Below, piece after piece: positions 33,712-40,534 of a stretch of DNA of 40,534 bases; the first letter of the stretch is position 1; the number at the start of each line of letters is the position of its first letter. Below the pieces are notes generated by a model, which ran no database searches, was not told the DNA's origin, and worked only from the letters and a program-made list of their open reading frames with translations. A program made the position numbers and the translations under genes. This stretch comes from Kiritimatiellia bacterium. GTDB lineage: Bacteria > Verrucomicrobiota > Kiritimatiellia > SLAD01. The stretch covers positions 1 through 40,534 of the forward strand of contig SKXR01000211.1 in NCBI GenBank assembly GCA_007128275.1, given 5' to 3'.

Positions 33712-35517
33712 CTAGGAGCTGGATTTAAGCACCGAAATGAAGGCCTCCTGCGGAATGCTCACGCGCCCGACCTGTTTCATACGCTTCTTGCCTTCCTTCT
33801 GGCGTTCGAGCAATTTTCGTTTGCGGCTGACGTCGCCGCCGTAGCACTTGGCCGTCACATCCTTGCGCAGCGCCCGGATGGTTTCGCGCGCGATGACATT
33901 CTTCTGGATCGCGGCCTGAATCGGTACGGCGAACATTTGTGAAGGGATGACTTCCTTCAGGGCCTTGCACATTTGCCGTCCGCGTTCCACCGCCTTGTCG
34001 CGATGTACAATACAGGAGAAGGCGTCCACCGATTCGCCGTGCACAAGGATGTCCAGCTTGACCAGTTCATCCTCGTAATACCCGATGTGTTCGTAATCCA
34101 TGGAGGCATATCCGCGGCTGATGCTCTTCAGACGGTCATGAAAATCGATCAGGATTTCGTTGAGCGGGATATTGCAGGTCAACATGACGCGACGCGCATC
34201 CATGGTGTCGGTCTTTTCCAATTCGCCGCGACGATCCATCACCAACTGCATGATATCGCCGATGAACTCATTGGGACAGATGATGAAGGCGTTGACTTTG
34301 GGTTCCTCGATATGATCGATCTGGGTGATGTCCGGGAGGTGCACCGGATTGTCCACCTCGATCATCGTGCCGTTGGTCAGGTGCACTTGGTACACGACGC
34401 CCGGATACGTGGTGATGATGTCCATATCGTACTCGCGCCGCAAGCGTTCCTGGATAATCTCCATGTGCAACAACCCCAGGAAACCACAGCGGAAGCCCAA
34501 CCCCAAGGCCGCCGAACTTTCGGCCTGATAATGGAAGGAACTGTCGTTCAGGATCAGTTTGTCCAAGCTGGCCTTGAGTTTCTCGTAGTCCGCCGTATTC
34601 ACGGGATATATCCCGCTGAATACCATCGGCTGAATCTGTTTGAATCCCGGCAACGGATGCTTGCTGGGCTGAGAAGCCTTGGTGACCGTGTCCCCGATTT
34701 TGATCTCGGACGTGTCCTTGATATTGCCGATCAAATACCCGACATCGCCGGCCTGCATGATGTCCAGCGCCGCCGGTTTCGGTGTAAAGATACCCGTTTC
34801 CTTCACTTCGTAATCGTTCCCCGTGCTCAGCAGGCGGATCTTGTCCCCCTTGGTGATGGACCCGTCCACGATACGGATATAGGTGATGACGCCGCGATAG
34901 GCGTCATAGGTCGAATCAAATACCAAGGCGCGCGTGGCGGCATGGATCGTTCCCTGGGGCGGTGGGATATGGCGGACAATGGCTTCCATGACTTTCTCCA
35001 CCCCGATGCCCGTCTTGGCACTGACCTGCAAGCAGTCCTCCATGGATATGTTCAGCACTTCTTCCACTTGCCGCATGACTTCCGGCACATCGGCGCTGGG
35101 CAGGTCGATTTTATTGATCACGGGAATGATGGTCAGTCCCTGTTCCAGCGCCAGATGGGTATTGGCGACGGTTTGCGCTTCCACGCCTTGCGCCGCGTCC
35201 ACCACCAGCAACGCTCCTTCACAAGCCGCGAGACTACGGGACACCTCGTAGGAAAAGTCCACATGGCCCGGCGTGTCAATCAGGTTGAATCGATACGCCC
35301 TACCGTCTTGCGCCACGTATTTCATGGTGACCGGATGCGCCTTGATGGTGATGCCACGTTCCCGTTCGAGGTCCATCGAATCGAGGATTTGATCCCGTCG
35401 GTCGCGGACTTCAATGGTTTGGGTGGTGTCCAGCATCCGGTCGGCCAACGTCGATTTTCCGTGATCGATATGGGCAATGATGCAGAAGTTTCGGATATGG
35501 GAGAGGTCGGACATCAT
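33712..35517 (-). CDS. lepA: Translation elongation factor 4 (LepA)
   Basis: IRNFCIIAHIDHGKSTLADR, LIDTPGHVDF, NKIDL and a C-terminal LepA-specific region (KCYGGDVSRKRKLLERQKEGKKRMK). The ATG at 35517 overlaps the rpe stop (ATGA). Confidence 0.95.
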   Translation of the reverse strand: MMSDLSHIRNFCIIAHIDHGKSTLADRMLDTTQTIEVRDRRDQILDSMDLERERGITIKAHPVTMKYVAQDGRAYRFNLIDTPGHVDFSYEVSRSLAACEGALLVVDAAQGVEAQTVANTHLALEQGLTIIPVINKIDLPSADVPEVMRQVEEVLNISMEDCLQVSAKTGIGVEKVMEAIVRHIPPPQGTIHAATRALVFDSTYDAYRGVITYIRIVDGSITKGDKIRLLSTGNDYEVKETGIFTPKPAALDIMQAGDVGYLIGNIKDTSEIKIGDTVTKASQPSKHPLPGFKQIQPMVFSGIYPVNTADYEKLKASLDKLILNDSSFHYQAESSAALGLGFRCGFLGLLHMEIIQERLRREYDMDIITTYPGVVYQVHLTNGTMIEVDNPVHLPDITQIDHIEEPKVNAFIICPNEFIGDIMQLVMDRRGELEKTDTMDARRVMLTCNIPLNEILIDFHDRLKSISRGYASMDYEHIGYYEDELVKLDILVHGESVDAFSCIVHRDKAVERGRQMCKALKEVIPSQMFAVPIQAAIQKNVIARETIRALRKDVTAKCYGGDVSRKRKLLERQKEGKKRMKQVGRVSIPQEAFISVLKSSS

Positions 35518-36203
35518 GGGCGGCTCGTCCCGTACTGTGCGAGGCAATCCGCGCGCATATCCGTCATTTCCTGTTGGATGTGTTTTGCGTGAAACAAGGA
35601 GGTGCCGGCCAGCATCACATTCGCGCCCGCAGCCGCGGCTTGCGGTGCGCTGATCCGATCAATTCCGCCATCGACCGAAATATCGATGGCACCGTCCCAT
35701 GCACGGATTTCCGCAATCTTCGGCAGGACCTCGGCGATAAAGGATTGACCGCCGAACCCGGGATGAACGGTCATACAAAGAATTTCGTCCACCCGCCCTT
35801 CCGTCACGAGATCGCGAATCGTATGCGCCGCGGTTTCCGGATTGACGGTAATACCGGCCCGCGCGTTCATCGCGCGGATTTGTCGGAGCGTTTCCGGCAC
35901 GTCGCACGGGGATTCGATATGAATCAACACCGTGTCGGCTCCGGCCTTGATGAACGGCTCGGCATAGCGATCGGGACGCGTGATCATCAGATGAACATGC
36001 AGGTGAACGTCGGGTCCCAAGCTGTGTCGCAAGGCTTCCACGACCGCCGGCCCCATACTGAGGTTGGGCACAAAATGTCCATCCATGACGTCCACATGCA
36101 ACCCGTCGGCGCCCGCGTCGAGCGCTCGGCGACAGTCCTTCTCCAAATTGGCCATATCGGCGGCCAAAATGGAGGGCATCACTTTCATAGGTACCGTTTT
36201 CAT
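35514..36203 (-). CDS. rpe: Ribulose-phosphate 3-epimerase
   Basis: MPSILAADMANL, LHVDVMDGHFVPNLSMGP, HLMI, MTVHPGFGGQSF and VDGGI motifs. The start may be 36203 or one of the internal Met codons a few residues in. Confidence 0.93.
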   Translation of the reverse strand: MKTVPMKVMPSILAADMANLEKDCRRALDAGADGLHVDVMDGHFVPNLSMGPAVVEALRHSLGPDVHLHVHLMITRPDRYAEPFIKAGADTVLIHIESPCDVPETLRQIRAMNARAGITVNPETAAHTIRDLVTEGRVDEILCMTVHPGFGGQSFIAEVLPKIAEIRAWDGAIDISVDGGIDRISAPQAAAAGANVMLAGTSLFHAKHIQQEMTDMRADCLAQYGTSRP

Positions 36204-36255
36204 GAAGCTTCTTTCATCGATTGGGTGTGTACGCTAGCGGAGGGACCGCGTCGCG

Positions 36256-37020
36256 TCAAGAATGTGGCGCTTTGTTATAGTACACCCGCCACAGAAAGAG
36301 GCCTTCCGGCGGCGCCGTAGGAACCCGCGCGGTCCGCAACTTGGATTCCAGAATGGTTCTTGCCGCTTCAGGCGGCAGTTCCGCCCGCCCGATCCGAATG
36401 AGGAAACCCGCCAGACTACGCACCATTTTGTATAAGAACCCGTCCGCGGCGGCGCGGATTAGGATTTCCGATCCCTTTTGACTGACTGTGAGGCGGAACA
36501 GATTACGCACGGTGCCGTCCAATTCCCGGTTCGGATTGGCGGCAAACGCGGCGAAATCATGGCGCCCCTGCAGATGGGCGGCGGCTTGTTGCATGGCGGA
36601 GACGTCCAGCGGTTCCCGAATCCCGGTACGGTACAGTCGTTGAAACGGCGTGATCACCTTCTTGTTAATGATATAATATCGGTATTCCTTCCCCTTGGCG
36701 CTGAATCGGGCGTGGAAATCGGGCGATGCGGGACGCACGGCCAGCACCCGGATATCCGGCTCCAACAAGGCGTTCATGCCAATCAACAGTTTATCCGGTC
36801 GAAACGAGTTCTCCGGGAGATCGAAATGCGCCACCTGTTCGCGTGCGTGGACCCCGCTGTCAGTCCGTCCGCTCGATTCCACACGCACCTTCCCCCCCGA
36901 CAGCTCGTGTAACACCCGCTCCAACTCGCCTTGCACTGTGGTATGGCGGGGCTGGACCTGCCAGCCCGCATAAGCCGTCCCGTCGTATGCGATCGACATG
37001 CAATAGCGTTGTTTGGTCAT
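36256..37020 (-). CDS. truA: tRNA pseudouridine(38-40) synthase
   Basis: IAYDGTAYAGWQVQP, the catalytic GRTDSGVHA, and FLYKMVR. Confidence 0.92.
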   Translation of the reverse strand: MTKQRYCMSIAYDGTAYAGWQVQPRHTTVQGELERVLHELSGGKVRVESSGRTDSGVHAREQVAHFDLPENSFRPDKLLIGMNALLEPDIRVLAVRPASPDFHARFSAKGKEYRYYIINKKVITPFQRLYRTGIREPLDVSAMQQAAAHLQGRHDFAAFAANPNRELDGTVRNLFRLTVSQKGSEILIRAAADGFLYKMVRSLAGFLIRIGRAELPPEAARTILESKLRTARVPTAPPEGLFLWRVYYNKAPHS

Positions 37021-37460
37021 TCCTGTTCTTCAGCCAAGGGCGGCAATCCGGCTTGCGCATCCAAATAATGTTGCAACAGGATTTGCGCGGCCAATTTGTC
37101 CACCAGCTGCTTGCGTTTATTGCGGCGGGTACCGCCTTCGATCAATGCCTGCTGTGCGGTGACCGTGCTGAACCGTTCGTCCCAGAATTCAACCGGCACG
37201 GGCGCAGTCTCTTTGAGGCGATCGGCAAAGGCGCGTGTCTTTTCGGCGGCCGGTCCAAGCGATCCGTCCATACGCATCGGAAGCCCCACAACAAGGCGAT
37301 CCACCTTGTATTCCTGCACACACGCGAGAATGTCGCGCACCACGCCGCCCGGGTTCTGCACCTGAATCACGCGCAACGGCGTAGCGACCGTGCCCGTGGG
37401 ATCACTGAGCGCAAGGCCGATTCTTCGTTCGCCATAATCAATACCGAGTACGCGCGCCAT
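37017..37460 (-). CDS. ruvX: YqgF/RuvX-family putative pre-16S rRNA nuclease / Holliday junction resolvase-like protein
   Basis: VLGIDYGERRIGLALSD, VVGLPMRMDG and DERFSTV motifs. ATGA overlap with truA. Confidence 0.9.
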   Translation of the reverse strand: MARVLGIDYGERRIGLALSDPTGTVATPLRVIQVQNPGGVVRDILACVQEYKVDRLVVGLPMRMDGSLGPAAEKTRAFADRLKETAPVPVEFWDERFSTVTAQQALIEGGTRRNKRKQLVDKLAAQILLQHYLDAQAGLPPLAEEQE

Positions 37461-37463
37461 GGA

Positions 37464-38486
<1,023 letters not shown>

Positions 38487-38593
38487 GGTCCCATCCTTTT
38501 CTATGCGATCGTTATGCCTCTAGCATATCCCATGGGACGGGAGCCGCAACGGAAAATCCATGGGAATGTGAAATAGGCGACTGTCGTTGATTA

Positions 38594-39679
38594 TCACGTG
38601 CCGGTGCGCGCACGTTGCCGCACGGCAAAATCGGCCAACACCAGTGCGGCCATGGATTCCACGATGGGAATGGCGCGATTCACCACGCACGGGTCGTGAC
38701 GGCCCGCCGCCTCCAGCTCCACCGGGTGGCCCGAAAAATCGACGGTCTTCTGTAGTTTGCTGATGGTGGCGGGCGGCTTGAACGCAATCCGAAACAGTAC
38801 CGGTTCCCCGTTGCTGATGCCGCCCTGAATGCCGCCGCTGCGGTTGGTGGCGGTTCCCAGTCGATCGTCACGCTGAATGAACATGTCGTTGTGATCGGAG
38901 CCGCGCATCGTCGTTCCGGAAAAGCCCGATCCGATCTCGAATCCTTTGGTGGCCGGAAGCGACATCATCGCCTGGGCCAGCTTGGCTTCCATCTTGTCGA
39001 ATACCGGTTCGCCCCAGCCGGCCGGGAGATTGCGACATACACAGGTCACCACGCCGCCCATGGAATCACCGGATTCGCGCGCTTCCATGATGCGCTCCTC
39101 CATGCGACCCGCCACGTCCGGGTCCGGACAGCGGATCATGGTCTGATCGATCATCTCCCGTGTGAGCGCCTCGCCGCTCAGGTCCCGCGCGGTTATGTCG
39201 CCCACGGCGCTCACCCACGCCACAATATCGACCCCGTAGGTCTCGCGAAGAAACTTTTCAGCAATAGCGCCCGCCGCAACCCGACCGATGGTCTCCCGCG
39301 CGCTGGACCGCCCTCCCCCACTGGAGGCGCGAACGCCGTATTTCATTTGATACGTGTAATCGGCATGCGAAGGGCGCGGCACCTGTGCCATCTCCTTGTA
39401 ATCGCCCGGCCGTTGGTCCTTGTTCTTGACCAGTAAACCGATCGGCGTACCGAGGGTCATCCCGTGCTCGGTGCCGGACAGGATCGACACCTGATCGTCT
39501 TCCTTGCGCGGCGTGGCGATGGCGGTTTGTCCCGGCCGCCGCCGGGTCAGTTGCGGTTGGATATCCGCCTCCGTCAACGCCAAGCGAGGCGGACACCCGT
39601 CCACGACGGCGCCTACCCCGTAACAATGGGATTCGCCAAAGGTGGTCACGGTGAAGATGGTGCCGAACGTGCTGGACAT
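38594..39679 (-). CDS. aroC: Chorismate synthase
   Basis: [45 protein letters not shown] and HDPCVV motifs. Confidence 0.95.
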   Translation of the reverse strand: MSSTFGTIFTVTTFGESHCYGVGAVVDGCPPRLALTEADIQPQLTRRRPGQTAIATPRKEDDQVSILSGTEHGMTLGTPIGLLVKNKDQRPGDYKEMAQVPRPSHADYTYQMKYGVRASSGGGRSSARETIGRVAAGAIAEKFLRETYGVDIVAWVSAVGDITARDLSGEALTREMIDQTMIRCPDPDVAGRMEERIMEARESGDSMGGVVTCVCRNLPAGWGEPVFDKMEAKLAQAMMSLPATKGFEIGSGFSGTTMRGSDHNDMFIQRDDRLGTATNRSGGIQGGISNGEPVLFRIAFKPPATISKLQKTVDFSGHPVELEAAGRHDPCVVNRAIPIVESMAALVLADFAVRQRARTGT

Positions 39680-39799
39680 AATTGCTTGATACTCCTGACT
39701 GACTGTACGGCATCATACGCGTTGAAGGTTCCCGGACACAAGTAGAGAATACGGAACAGGCCACTCCGCTTGCAATCCCGAGCGCTATCCGCATAATAC

Positions 39800-40531
39800 G
39801 TGAATATGGAACAGACCGAGGAGTCATACGAATCGACAGCCGGCGCGCCCCTCGCCCCCTCCCTCACGCCCAACGATCTGCTGGGATTGGCGCACGGCTT
39901 TTCACGCATTCTGTGGAGCATTCCTCTCGGCCTGTTTCTCTTCACAGGGGCCATGGATTTTGCGGTCAGTCTGTATTTCCGGCTCCCTTCGTATATTGTC
40001 GCCGTGCTGCTCTTCCTGTGGGGCCTGCTGGGTCTGCGGCGCGTGCATTCGCTGAGCCGACAGTGGACCCATTATCTGCATGTCGCCTTCCTGCTGGTGA
40101 TCCTGCTCATCTACTTCTCCCCGTTCGTTTACTGGTGGACCCGTTTTCCGGAAGGCGATCATTTTGTCATCAACCTCTTCGGCATGCTGCTTGCGGCAAC
40201 GTGGCTGTTGTGGAGCATCAACCGGCTGGCGGAAGAGGTGGCGGCGGCGTTGCAGGACCGTTTTTTCCTGATTGAATGCCGATTGAGCGGCTGGGCCGTG
40301 CTGGCCTTGATGTCCGTGCCGGTCTTCCTCTATTTCGTGTACGCCACCCTGTATGCCGGGCGGGCGGACATTCCGCTTCATCGGACCCTTGAAGATATTC
40401 GCTATTTTCCCTACATCCAATGGTACCTTGCCTTGGCACTGCTCCCATTGACCCTTACGATTGCCATTGCTTGGAAGACGAAGGAACGCGCGTTGACTCT
40501 GCTTCGGGTGCGGGCCGATAAGAACGCGTAA
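39800..40531 (+). CDS. Uncharacterised polytopic membrane protein (about 6 TM)
   Basis: 243-aa ORF with regularly spaced hydrophobic helices (e.g. IPLGLFLFTGAMDFAVSLYF, YIVAVLLFLWGLLGL, VAFLLVILLIYFSPFVYWW). I recognise no family. GTG at 39800 or ATG at 39806. Confidence 0.6.
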   Translation: MNMEQTEESYESTAGAPLAPSLTPNDLLGLAHGFSRILWSIPLGLFLFTGAMDFAVSLYFRLPSYIVAVLLFLWGLLGLRRVHSLSRQWTHYLHVAFLLVILLIYFSPFVYWWTRFPEGDHFVINLFGMLLAATWLLWSINRLAEEVAAALQDRFFLIECRLSGWAVLALMSVPVFLYFVYATLYAGRADIPLHRTLEDIRYFPYIQWYLALALLPLTLTIAIAWKTKERALTLLRVRADKNA

Positions 40532-40534
40532 AGG

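Overview
By eye this is a moderately GC-rich bacterial chromosomal segment. The gene content and REP-like intergenic hairpins suggest a PVC-type organism (Verrucomicrobia, Kiritimatiellae or Lentisphaerae-like), but that is only a guess.

It is mostly core housekeeping, arranged in tightly packed operons that are often joined by 4-nt ATGA or GTGA overlaps:
- + strand: a giant LTD/CotH protein.
- - strand: a CPA2 antiporter fused to an EIIA domain, rnk, tRNA-Arg(ACG).
- + strand: uvrB, nadC-coaX-trpA-manC-like.
- - strand: a Na/Pi cotransporter, then a 4-gene ABC-2 operon.
- + strand: lpxA, FMN riboswitch-ribB-ribH-nusB-ftsY-ribD-ribE, a repeat cluster, a COG1579 zinc-ribbon gene, rnpB, a GspC-like gene.
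- - strand: rnr.
- + strand: glgA.
- - strand: lepB, lepA, rpe, truA, ruvX, an acidic-tail membrane protein, aroC.
- + strand: a polytopic membrane protein.

I see no transposase, integrase, reverse transcriptase, CRISPR array, toxin-antitoxin pair or recognisable defence gene.

The best candidates for something undescribed:
- The ABC-2 operon, which has a His-rich loop and an unclassifiable 511-aa helical membrane protein.
- RNase P RNA wedged less than 20 nt from coding genes on both sides.
- A riboswitch-led riboflavin operon that encloses nusB and ftsY.
- A perfect 40-bp palindrome plus twin poly-G tracts upstream of uvrB.
- A 55-bp perfect direct repeat cluster after ribE.
- A CPA2-EIIA fusion.
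- An LTD/CotH protein whose signal peptide seems to need a non-canonical ATC start.

All functional calls rest on motif recognition by eye. No searches were run.
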